This document shows positions 1 through 11,044 of a stretch of DNA of 24,236 bases, one piece after another; position 1 is the stretch's first letter; each line of letters starts with the position of its first letter. Source of the DNA: Salpingoeca rosetta (lineage: Eukaryota; Protista; Choanoflagellata). The DNA is taken from contig JAWQFM010000033.1 in assembly GCA_033442325.1 (NCBI GenBank), positions 606,540-630,775 on the forward strand, in the 5' to 3' direction. The position numbers and the translations under genes are program-made. A model generated the notes under the pieces. That model worked only from the letters and a program-made list of their open reading frames with translations. It had not been told where the DNA came from and did no database searches.

Positions 1-582
1 CATTACTTTGTGCATCTGACAGCATGATGGGAGTAAAAGTGGCCATGGATTAGTTGCGGATGACAGCAGCAACAGCGCCGAGTGGGGGGGGGGCGGAGAG
101 GGCTACACATACACACACAGAGGGACATGAAGGAGATACGCACACACGCACACGCACACACACACACACCGAGACACTTGGTTTCTATTGATCTTTTTGG
201 TTTCTGTCTATCAACGCTTGAGGCCCTTGGGCCGCTCACATAGCATTCAAGCACTCAGTAGCAGACATTCACTCCCTCACATCACCCAGTCACCCACTCA
301 TACAAGCGCCTGTCTGAAATGAGCACACTTTCGGTTTTGATTGCTTCCCTCATCTCTGAGCACTGGGAATGATGTAAGATTTCAACAAATTTTCCCAATT
401 CACGTGTTGGCAAAGATTCGAGGGTGACGTCATTGTCTAATCCTGTTGCGAAGTTCAATTACACCCTCGACCAGTACAACCACCACGAGCCAACCACACG
501 AAGACCACGAAGGGTGGCAAGCACGATCGGTTTCAGGCGGGCTGTGGCGCATCGACGAAGAGGTTGTTGTATGTGCTCTGTG

Positions 583-631
<49 letters not shown>

Positions 632-770
632 GTGTGTGTGTGTGTGTGTGTGTGCAGAGCTGTCGTGTGTCTCTCAGTCTCTGTCTCTTTCATTTTCTAT
701 CCCCGGTCTTCCCCTTCCGTCTCAGTCTCTGTCTCTCTTCGCTTTCTGTCTCTCAGTCTCTGTCTTGCTC

Positions 771-1225
771 TTTCTGTTTCGCGCGCTTTATCTCCCCCGC
801 GCGCTCTATGTCTCCTTCTCGCTCATTCGGTCATCTCTTGGAGTGATTGAGCACACACTGGTGTCTTGTGTTGTCTGTGGCCGTGTGTCGACCCTGGCGT
901 TTGTTGTTGTCGTCGATTCCCGCCTTCCTCACTTTCTTTCTACTTTGTCCACATCCTTGTCTCGCGCTGCTGTTCACACACACACACACTCTCTCCCCCT
1001 GTCTTCCTGTGTGTGTCTCTCTCTCTCTCTGTTTCTGTTTCTCTTTCTGTTTCGCGCGCTCTCTCTTTCGCGCGCGCTCTATCTCCCTCGCACGCGCTCT
1101 ATCTCTTCTTCTTGCTTATGCGATCATCCCTTGGAGTGATTGAGCACACACTTGTGTCTTGTGTCGTCTGTGCCCGTGTGTCGACACTGGCGTGCTTGCC
1201 CTTGTCGATTCCCGCCTTCCTCGTT
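771..1225 (+). repeat. Diverged direct duplication (offset ~293 nt) in the 5' region of the left arm
   Basis: gagtgattgagcacacac...gtcgattcccgccttcctc occurs at 841 and at 1134. The right arm has a single copy (~23360-23530). Confidence 0.85.
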
Positions 1226-1443
1226 TTCTTTCCACACCGTCTGTGTTACTGTGTTTCCCACTCTTTGCATCCTGTGCGGAAGAACAGAGAGAGAGTGTGT
1301 GTGTGTGTTGATGCGTGTATGTGTATGTGCATATCTCTGTGTGGTGCATCTTCACTTCACACACAACCTCAGTGTGGCTCACGTTCCTGTTTACCTGTGC
1401 CTTTGTGCCCGCCTTTGTCTTGGCCCAGTCCTGTTCTGACACC

Positions 1444-4400
1444 ATGTCCGGCAGCATGAGCTCTGCGACATTCAACGCAGTACGTACAAAGGAATGCGAC
1501 CATGCTGCTGTGTTGCACGTTCACTTGGCCACAGCACACACACACACACACACTCCCCTGCCCATTGCATCTCATTCAAACACAACACAACATGTTCCTT
1601 GCTTTCTGCCTGCTCTGTGCGTGTCGTGCCTTGAATCGTGTGCTGTTGCACATAAGCAGGCCTCAAGGGTAAGCGGAAACAGCAGGTGTTCATGGTCTGT
1701 CGAGTACAAGCTGGATTGCATGATACACGTGTTCGTCCTGCCAGCAGAAGCAGACCAGCATCACGATCGTCGCCACCACAGCGCAACCACCATCACAGCG
1801 CCGTTATCATTTCTCCTCTGCAACACAGCTGCTTGTGTGTGTGTGTGTGTGTGTGTGTTTGTGTAGTGTTTGCATTCACCCTCTGTGCTCACCCACACTC
1901 TCTGCCCAACCCCTTTCAACCACCACAACGCCGTTCTGTCGACACCAGCTGGCTTCACGCAGCAGCCAGGTACGGCAACCACCGACCACAGTCACCACAG
2001 ACAGCAACAACCATCGCAGCCACCAGCCACCACCACCACAGCGCCGTTATCATTTCTCCGCTGCTACACAGCTGCTTGTGTGTGTGTGTATGTGTGTGTG
2101 AAGTTTGCATTCACCCTCTGTGCTCACTCACACTCTCTGCCCAACCCCTTTCAACCACCACAACGCCGTTCTGTCGACACCAGCAGGCTTCACGCAACAG
2201 CGTGGTACGTCAACCACCGACCACAGTCACCACAGACAGCAACAACCATCGCAGCCACCAACCATCACCACAGTGCAACCACCACCACCACCACCATCAC
2301 GGTGCAATCACCACAACACGTGCTGTGATTTCGGCTTCCGCCACGATGTTCTAGGATGTTGCTCATACCCGCACCCACCTCATGTTCTCGTGCATAATAT
2401 CCACCCCCGTCTTTTCTTTTCAGAGAGACTTGAAGCGAACTGAAACCCGCGTGGCCTCCAAGGTTCTGCAATTGCGCATGCACAAGCACACATTGACACA
2501 GCACTGCCTTACGATGCAGCAACCGAATCCCCCACCCCCTCACCCCCCCGCCACAGACCGGTATCACCTCTTACCCCACCCTCACAACACCACCGTCATG
2601 CACAGGCGTCCATCATAACGGAGGCAGCCACGCAGTTTGCAACCATTACGCAGTTGCAAGTATGCGCGCAGCAGCAAGGCGGCAGCAGCAGCAGCAGCAG
2701 CAGCAGCAGGGAAGATGACGTGCTCCATCTGCTGGAGAGATGGGCCCTGAATGAAGACAGTTCAGAGTACGTCAAAATGCAGTGCGTGTTGCGAGAACTG
2801 GAAGATGACTTGCAGGCCGCACAACAACAGCTTGCCGCTTTAAAGGCGGGACATGACGAGATCAGGGCGGTGCATGCGCAGGCACAGGTGGAGAGGATGA
2901 AGGCGGAGGTGGAGAGGGTGAAGCGCGATGCCGAGCAAGTGAAGGAGGACGAAGACCTATTCAAGAAACGCATCAATGACAAGAAAGGCGAGATCGGCAA
3001 TGCACGGCATGAAAGATTGAGGGCAGAACTGACAGGACCCGGCAACGAAGAAGCGGTTGCAGCGGCGGAGACGAAGGTGAAAGAGAAAGAGCGGGAATTG
3101 GCCGTGCTTGAGGAACAAAAGAAGATATGGCGCAAGCAGATGGAGGAGGAGAGGAAGAACGGAGAGGAAGAGAGGAAGAAGTGGCAGCAACAGCAGCAGC
3201 AACACAAAGTGTGGGTGCGCGCGTTGACGACATTGCTGCAGGCGGCAGGTGAGCCGCTGCCACACACCACAAGTGCCGAGCACCTGTGGACTGTGGTGTC
3301 GCAGGTGGTGGACGACGCCCTGGCGACAGCGTGGGAGGCCGGCCTTGTGCCCGCTGCTGGCCCGCCCCGACTGGCCACTATCACTTTATCTGCTCTCCAA
3401 GCTATCGAGAAGCGCGTTGCGGAGAAGAAGATCAGCTCACCTGCCGCGATCAGAGACGGTATGCTGTCATCCACCTCTTTGTGTGTTGTCGTGCGGATGT
3501 GGTGATGAAGACGGCCCTGCTTGTTTTGGTTGTCTTGATGACACAAGGTCAAGCGTGCACCTGTTTGCGCCTGTGTGTGTGTGATGTTTTGCGTTGATGT
3601 CACACAGCGCACAACACGTTTGCTTGTATCGTCGTTGCCTTTGTCACTGCTACTGCCACTGTAATTATCGCTGCCTTTGTCACTGTGTCGCAGTTACTGT
3701 CGTTGGCATTTGCATTGGTAGCCTCCACCACCATAGTCACGCATGCGACACATTCACGCTTGTTTTGACACCTCTCCGCCCCTCATGCGCGCTGATTGCA
3801 CTGCTGTGTGTGTGTGTGTGCGTGCAGAATTCTTCTTCACGACGCCACCCAGCAGCATCACCAAGCCCGAGAAGAACCCGTATCTCGTCTACTGGCCGGA
3901 CAATGCCCAGTTCTTCACCGACATATGGCGAGAGCCACTCGCAAAACAGGTGCTGCAATGCAATGACATCCGTCGCCGCTGCGCTGTGTGTGCGGGCGGT
4001 GCTGGTGGAACAGTAGTGCTGTGCTCATTTCTGTGAACGTGCATGTGCGTGTGTTTGTGCGAGCGAGAATATATGAGTGCGACTGTGTGCTTGTGTGTGT
4101 GTGTGTGTGTGTCATGTGCTTGGTGGCATTATCATCACCACCCATCACTAAACGACGTACCGCCATATGTGCACTCCTCCCTATGCCTCTCACCAACCGC
4201 TCGTCCCGCACGCCTTTGTGTCAACACACTCGTGTGTATGTGCATGTGTGCGTGTGTGCATGCGTGCTTGTTTTCGCGTTTCCAGTTTGAGCTGAAGGCT
4301 GATGACATCACGCCGCAAGCAGTGATTGCAAAGATTCACGAAATACCAGTGCTGGAGGTGTCCAGCAGCCGTGGGCCCCGCCCCAGGGGGCGCCAAGTGA

Positions 4401-4647
4401 CGCTTGGCCTGCGACAAGGTAAGGACGTGGCGAAGACTGTTGTTGCCTGTGTTTGCACTGCTTTCAGTTTTAGGTGCACGTGCAGACACGTGTACTTGGC
4501 CTTGGAGCGTTTGTCAACGTCGTCATCATCATGTGGTGTTTGGTCGTGTATTGCCGATGTGTGCGCAAGCGCACATGAAGGGTTGTGATGTGAGATGTGA
4601 TGTGACACCATCGTGCAATGCGTGCACGCTTACATCTCACCCCTGCC

Positions 4648-4695
<48 letters not shown>

Positions 4696-5687
4696 GCTTG
4701 CTCGCAGGTCTGCCTTTGCCAAAAGCACTGCCAACAGGATGGTCCAACGAAGCGGAGATGTGCACCGATATCGCCGAGCACCTTCGCGCCACGGCTGCGC
4801 ACCTCGACCCTGGTGTCACGTTCCCGAGTGAGGTCCCAATCATGACGTACGTTGTGCGGTGCATGTTGTGTCCAGGCGTTGGAGGGGTGGGGAGTGGGTG
4901 TTTGCTGTATCCTTGTTTCCGCTCTCTTGCGTGTCCTGTGATGCTTGTGATGCTGCAAATGCCGGTTTCTTACAGGGAACCTGCCCGTGCTCTTGTCGCG
5001 CTTGCCGCCTTGCGTTGGCCAGGTTCAAGCCAGGCACCCGCCCCAAAACAGACATTGTGATGGTGGACCGTCACACAAACACAATAGCGGCCGTATTTGA
5101 GCTCACGCTAGGCGAGGATGCTGACTCGCTTGGCCAGTTGGCAGCGTACGCGCACCACGCGATTGTGGCGAACGTGCACCGCATTGCAGGCGAGCACGTG
5201 CCTCTGGAGGAGCTGCCCCTGCTCGCTGGGCTGGCGATNNNNNNNNNNNNNNNNNNNNNNNNNNNNNNNNNNNNNNNNNNNNNNNNNNNNNNNNNNNNNN
5301 NNNNNNNNNNNNNNNNNNNNNNNNNNNNNNNNNNNNNNNNNNNNNNNNNNNNNNNNNNNNNNNNNNNNNNNNNNNNNNNNNNNNNNNNNNNNNNNNNNNN
5401 NNNNNNNNNNNNNNNNNNNNNNNNNNNNNNNNNNNNNNNNNNNNNNNNNNNNNNNNNNNNNNNCATGAAGCCCCATGTGCTGCACTTCAACCCCGACAGC
5501 GGCAAAGGTGTGTTGTTTGCTGTTTGCTTGTCTGCGTCTGTATGTGCATGTGTGTGCATGCATGTGTGTGTGCATGCATGTGTGGGTGTGTGCATGTGTG
5601 TGTGCCTGCGCCTGTATGTGTGTGTGTGTGTGTGCATGCATGCGCCTGTCTCTCCGCCCCCCTCCCCTCTCTGCCTCTCTCTGCTTC

Positions 5688-5728
<41 letters not shown>

Positions 5729-6642
5729 TTGAAAGGCGGTCACTGTGCAGTGTTGTATGCACAATTGCGCCCGTGCCTGTGCTCGTGTGTGGTGTGATTC
5801 ACATGATGCTGGTTGTGCTTATCGCTGTGCTGTCAGCAGAGACACCGAAAGTGCTCAGTTCCGTCGCCAACAAAGGAAGCGGATACGTGTGCAAGTTCAT
5901 CAAGACTGGGCACCGTGCTGGCGACTTGCGTGCTGAAGAGATTGAAAACATGTGGAAGTACGTCAACGGGCAACGCGCTTGCAGTCGCATCCCCGCCACC
6001 AACAGCACCGCCACCACCAACAGCAAGAGCAGCACCACGAACACCGCCACCAGCAACATCATCATCAGCAGTGGCAACGGCACGCAGATGATTGCGGTGC
6101 CCCACCTCGGGTCGACCCGCACTCACATTCACGAACAGCACGTCGCGCAGCTCTGCAACAGCTTGTTTCTCCTGTCAGCGGCTGGTCTCGTTCACCATGA
6201 CATTCGCTGTGCCAACGTGGTCGTGAGCGGCGACAAAGCCTCTCTGATCGACTTCGAACTGTCTGGCTGCGACGCCGATGTCATGAAGGCAGCCAAACTC
6301 AAGCCGGCTGAGGTTGCTCTTCGTACGGACCTGCCTGAGCGGTCAGCACACATCCGTGCAGCTGGTGACGAGCGAGTGAAACGCCACATCGAGGATGACT
6401 GGATTGCCATGTTCTACGTGTGCGTTCTCCGGTCTGCGCTCTACAAGAGGGCACCGCAGATGGCACACAGGGCAACCAAGGACGCCATGCTGGCCGCGTT
6501 GGAACAGCTCGAACAACAGCAGCAGCAGCAGCAGGGGAAGGGGAAGCAAGGGGAGAAGGAGAAGCAGCAGGGTCATGTCGTGCTGGTCGGGATGAACCCG
6601 CGCTGCCGCAGTCGTGTGATTTGCTGGGCCGCATCAAGAAGG
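1444..6642 (+). CDS. Coiled-coil + REase-like + atypical kinase protein (CR-effector-like), left copy; 3' end lost in the N gap
   Basis: Exons: 1444-1479, 1660-1668, 1949-1969, 2184-2204, 2424-2462, 2606-3458, 3828-3949, 4286-4418, 4708-4846, 5023-5507 (spans the gap), 5837-(6642+). Splice sites match the right copy, as do the exon lengths 122, 133, 139 and 485. The same motifs are present (TDIVMV..FELT..GQLAAY; HHDIRCAN..IDFE). There is a 1-nt deletion relative to the right copy at ~6600, close to the contig end. Confidence 0.7.
1787..2273 (+). repeat. Direct tandem duplication (offset ~235 nt) containing a candidate 21-nt micro-exon
   Basis: cacagcgccgttatcatttctc...tttgcattcaccctctgtgctca...gtcgacaccag...ggtacg.caaccaccgaccacagtcaccacagacagcaacaacc occurs twice. 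The right arm has one copy (~22520-22775). Confidence 0.9.
5239..5463. other. Assembly gap (225 N) inside the REase-like exon of the left copy
   Basis: N run; its length equals the corresponding right-arm segment (19045-19269). Confidence 0.99.
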
Positions 6643-6742
6643 NNNNNNNNNNNNNNNNNNNNNNNNNNNNNNNNNNNNNNNNNNNNNNNNNNNNNNNNNN
6701 NNNNNNNNNNNNNNNNNNNNNNNNNNNNNNNNNNNNNNNNNN
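6643..6742. other. Assembly gap (100 N, probably of nominal length) covering the stop codon of the left copy
   Basis: N run of exactly 100 bases. Confidence 0.99.
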
Positions 6743-6895
6743 GTGTGTGTGTGCATGTGTGTGCATGTGCGTGATTGATTGTAATTGCGCGGGGAGTGCA
6801 TGTCTACACGTGTAAGGGAGGGAGAGAGAGGGGGGGGGGAAAGACGTGTGGAGGACAGTGTGTTTGCGTGCATGTGCATGTGCACACGATGCTGT

Positions 6896-6945
6896 TCTTT
6901 GCTTTGCTTTGCTTTGCTTTGCTTTGCTTTGCTTTGCTTTGCTTT
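6896..6945 (+). repeat. (GCTTT)n pentanucleotide repeat in the 3' flank; a shorter inverted counterpart lies at ~17645-17673
   Basis: Seen directly. The copy number differs between the arms. Confidence 0.9.
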
Positions 6946-7484
6946 CTTACACGTCCATATGTGTCTGCAATACACTGCATAAGCTACACAGTGATGTATG
7001 TGATCACGAATAGCGCTTTGCGGTGAACAGAGCACAGAAATGGAATGTGTGTGTGTGCGGATGTGAGGGATGTGTGTGTGTGTGTGTGTGTGCGTGTATG
7101 TGTTTGAAGGACTGTTCTATTGACTGTCAGTCTGCCGTTCTGCGTTGTCGCATTGTCGTTGTCGTTGTCGGTGATGAGAAGTGATGTGAACAACCACTCG
7201 ACCACGCTGATGTTGATGGTCGGCGTCACAGTCACTTGTGCTTGACAAGGGAATGGTTGCGTTGTGATTGTTAACGAGTGGCTTCCCAGCACTGCCTCTG
7301 CTGCACCGCTCGTTGACACGGGTGCCCTGGTCGTGAGGGTCGTCGGTGGGCGATTGAAGTATTGGTTGTGTGTGCCTGTGTGCGGTGGTGGTGGTGAGGA
7401 ACGTGTCGTGTCACAACGTCACCATGCTGGGTGAGAGACAGGCGTTGCATTCATTGCTGAGAAATTTTATGTTGACTGGGAAGG

Positions 7485-8324
7485 ATGATGATGATGAGAC
7501 GCAGGATGATGGTGGTGGCGGTGGTACAACTGCTCGTGTTGATGTGTTGCGGTGTGGCGGCGTCGCATGTGTCTTCTGGTAGGAAGGCGTCCATCTTCTT
7601 TCTGCTCACGGATGACCAAGACGTCGACATGGGCTTTGTGTCCCAGCCCAAGCTCGTCAGCCTGTGGCAGAAGCAAGGCGGTGTGTGTGTGTGTTCGTGC
7701 GTGTGTGTGTGTGTGTGTGCGTGTGTATGAGAGAGTGTGTGTGCGTGTGCATGTGCGTGTGTATGAGAGTGAGTGTGTGTGTGTGTATGAGAGAGAGTGT
7801 GTGCGTGTGCATGTGCGTGTGTATGAGAGAGTGTGTGTGTGTCTGTGTGTGTGTGTGTTTGCAGCTGTAGCTGAGGCTATGTCAAGCTGTATGTCAAGCT
7901 GTATGTCAAGCTGTATTGTGGTGTGTCTGCATGCGTTTGAATATGTATTTCTACTTCATGTCTGTGTACCTATCTGTCCACCCGTGCGCCTGTCCGCTTG
8001 CCACGCACTTGCGCACTGCCGTCCTCCCTTCCTCCCCCCCCCCCCATCCACGGGGCTGCCGGACGTCAAGGCTGGCCCTGCCTCTTTTTCTCTGTGCACA
8101 GTCTGACACACCACTGGCCTGCTCCTGCGTTGCCCTTGCAGCCACATTGGAAGCAGCCTTTGCCAGCACACCTGTGTGTTGTCCTTCACGCGCAGGCATC
8201 CAGACGGGAAGGTACATCCACAACGTCCCCATGACCAACAACTCCATCCCGGGCAATTGTTCCAGCACTGCGTGGCAGCAAGGCGCCGAGAGGCACAACA
8301 TCGGCCACCTCATGAAACAAGCCG

Positions 8325-8414
<90 letters not shown>

Positions 8415-8635
8415 ATGTGTGTATGCAAGAGAGGGATTGCGTTGCCTTGCAGCCACATTGGAAGCAGCCTTTGCCAGCACACCTGTGTGTTGTCCTTCAC
8501 GCGCAGGCATCCAGACGGGAAGGTACATCCACAACGTCCCCATGACCAACAACTCCATCCCGGGCAATTGTTCCAGCACTGCGTGGCAGCAAGGCGCCGA
8601 GAGGCACAACATCGGCCACCTCATGAAACAAGCCG

Positions 8636-8721
<86 letters not shown>

Positions 8722-11007
8722 ATGTGTATTCGAGGGAGGGAGTGCGCGCGCTCCCTCTATCTGTGTATGTGCCTGTCTTTCTGTGTCTCTCTCTGCATGT
8801 GCTTGTCGTTGTTTGTGGTGCTTGCTCCCTGTTCAGTGGCCTCTTGCAGCTGCAGTTGTGTCCTTTCATCGCTGGCACTGCCCCACACGGCACCTCTCAC
8901 TTGCAGGTTACACAACAATGTACACGGGCAAATACTTGAACCAGTACGTGCATCGTGGCACGCGTATCGTTGACACGCGCACGACCGACAGTGTTTCGTT
9001 GCTGCATGTATGATGGATTCACGCACACGAACGCAGCCACGTACATACACGCATTCAAAGATACACATACACACGCATACATACACGCACATACACACGC
9101 ACACTCATACTCACATACACGCACATACATACACATTCACATGCACACGTGCGATTGTCTTGGGTGCAGATACGGTGCACCGAGTGCCGGTGGTGTGCAG
9201 CATGTTCCTCGCGGATGGGACAACTGGCAAGCACGTAAGCTCGTCATGTACGCGCATGCGTGTGCGTGTGTGGTCATGTGCACATGCGTGTACATGCGTG
9301 AACATGCTCGTGTGTGTATGTGTACTCGTGTGTGTATGCATCGCTGTATCGATGTGAAAATGTGTGTGTGTGTGAACGCGCCGTGCATGCTGGTTTCCAG
9401 CCTGGCAGTGGTTATGCTCCCAGTTCATGTACCGCCTTGCTGTCCATGTATGTATGTATGTATGTATGTATGTATGTATGTATGTATGTATGTATGTATG
9501 TATGTATGCATGTATGTATGTATGTGTGTATGTATGTATGTATGTATGTATGTATGTATGTATGTATGTATATATGTATGTATGTCTGTGCAGTTGTCGG
9601 CAACAGCGTGTACTACGACTACGTGATCTCCAACAACGGAACCCCGGAGTCACACGGCAACACGTACCTGCCAAACGTATGTGACACGTCCGTGAGTGGC
9701 GCGCGTGCTTGTGAACTTGTGCGTGCGTATGCACTTGTACGTGCGTGTGTGTGCACTTGAACGTGCGTGCGTGTGCGTGTGTGTATGTGTTTGTGTGTGT
9801 GCGTGAGTGTTGTCATTTTGCTTTGTCTGTAAGCCTACTGCTGTTGCTCCACCTGGACACGCCGCCACGCTGCGTGCTCCTTGATCCTATGCGTCACACC
9901 ACGCACACCACCACCACCACCACTCCCCGCACACCGCTGGCATGCCGTGGCAGCTGCTGTTGGACAAGACATCCGATTTCCTGCGGACACTGGAAGGGAC
10001 TGATGACCCCTTCTTCATCATGGTTGGCACTCCGTCATGCCACGACCCCACAGAGCCTGCACCAGAATATGCGCACCTCCTGCCAAACGCAACTGCCCCG
10101 CGCCCGCCAAACTACGGTCAGCAGCTGCTGTGCCTTTGTGTCTCTGTGTATGTGTGTGTGTTTCTGTGCATATGTGTGTGTGTATGCATGTTTCTGTGTA
10201 TATGTGTGTTTCTGTGCATATGTGTGTATTTGTGTGCGTGTAGTTGTGTTTCTGTTTCTGTTTCTGTTTCTGTGTGTTTCTGTTTGTGTGTGTGTGTGTG
10301 TTCGTCCGTGTGCTCCGTTGAAAGGACTGTCTCGCACTGCGCCCCCTGTTGCTGCTTGCAGGCAAGGCGTTTCGAGACAAGCACTGGTTTGTTGCAAAGC
10401 AAGGAGAGGTCGCAGGTTTTGGATCAGGTAGACAGACATGGCACATGCAATTGCGTTTATTGCCAGACACACGCACTCACACGTGCCACACGTTCACTCA
10501 CACGCACTCACTCACTCACTCACTCACTCACACGCACACACTCACTCACTCACTCACTCACTCACTCACCTTCGACGTGTGTTCTGGCACGACGCGCGCT
10601 GCTTTTGCATGTTGATTGCGCCTGTCATACGGCAAAGGGTATGCGCCAATCGAGGAGAAGTACAATGATCTGCAGTACCGCCGACGCGCCCTCACGCTCA
10701 TGACTGTTGATGACATCGTCGCAAACGTCACAGCGTACGCCAATGCCTCGTGCACTCGTGGCCTAAGTTGTTTATGTTGTTTAAGTTGTTGTTGTTGGTT
10801 TTAAGTTGTTGTTTAAGTTGTTGGTTGTAAGTTGTTGTAAGTTGTTGTTGTTGTTGTTGTTGTTTCAGTAGTTGTTGTTGTTTTAGTTGTTGTTGTTGTT
10901 GTTGTTGTTTCAGTAGTTGTTGTTGTTTAAGTTGTTGTTGTTGTTTATGTTGTTGTTGTTGTTTTAAGTTGTTGTTGTTGTTTAAGTTGTTGTTGTTGTT
11001 GTTTAAG

Positions 11008-11044
<37 letters not shown>

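Larger units (their letters stand above)
129..7447 (+). repeat. Left arm of a ~7.2 kb inverted segmental repeat (partner 17090-24213)
   Basis: Reverse-complement matches run along the whole length: 129 gaaggagata = rc of 24204-24213; 171-395 matches rc of ~23942-24165; coding exons and introns match; the inner end gagagacaggcgttg (7447) matches rc of caacggctgtctctc (17090). The outer boundary may extend beyond the window on the right side. Confidence 0.95.

Noticed and set aside
1-260. Possible divergently transcribed first exon and intron at the outer arm end (minus strand ...gaaaccaa|gtgtct(GT)n)
   Set aside because: It is truncated by the window edge and has no coding evidence, so it cannot be supported.
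424-1470. Many ORFs rich in CV/HT/SL dipeptides, here and throughout the window
   Set aside because: They are read-through of (GT)n/(CA)n/(CT)n microsatellites, which lack stop codons, and show no domain motifs.
2596-3612. 338-aa antisense ORF (also 20915-21637, 21250-22035 and 18811-19668)
   Set aside because: These are antisense shadows of the low-complexity coiled-coil and REase exons.
6590-6642. 1-nt frameshift suggesting the left copy is a pseudogene
   Set aside because: It lies within ~45 nt of a contig end, among other mismatches, and affects only the last ~20 codons. A sequencing error is at least as likely.
303-7447. Possible terminal inverted repeat of the left arm (caagcgcctgtct at 303-315 vs agacaggcgttg at 7436-7447)
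   Set aside because: It is only ~12 nt with an indel, does not lie at the outer homology boundary, is weaker in the right arm, and has no TSD. Chance is sufficient.
7878-7917. Short tandem repeat (atgtcaagctgt)x3 and other periodic repeats as a CRISPR-like or telomeric array
   Set aside because: There are no unique spacers and no telomere-type unit. These are ordinary intronic mini- and microsatellites.
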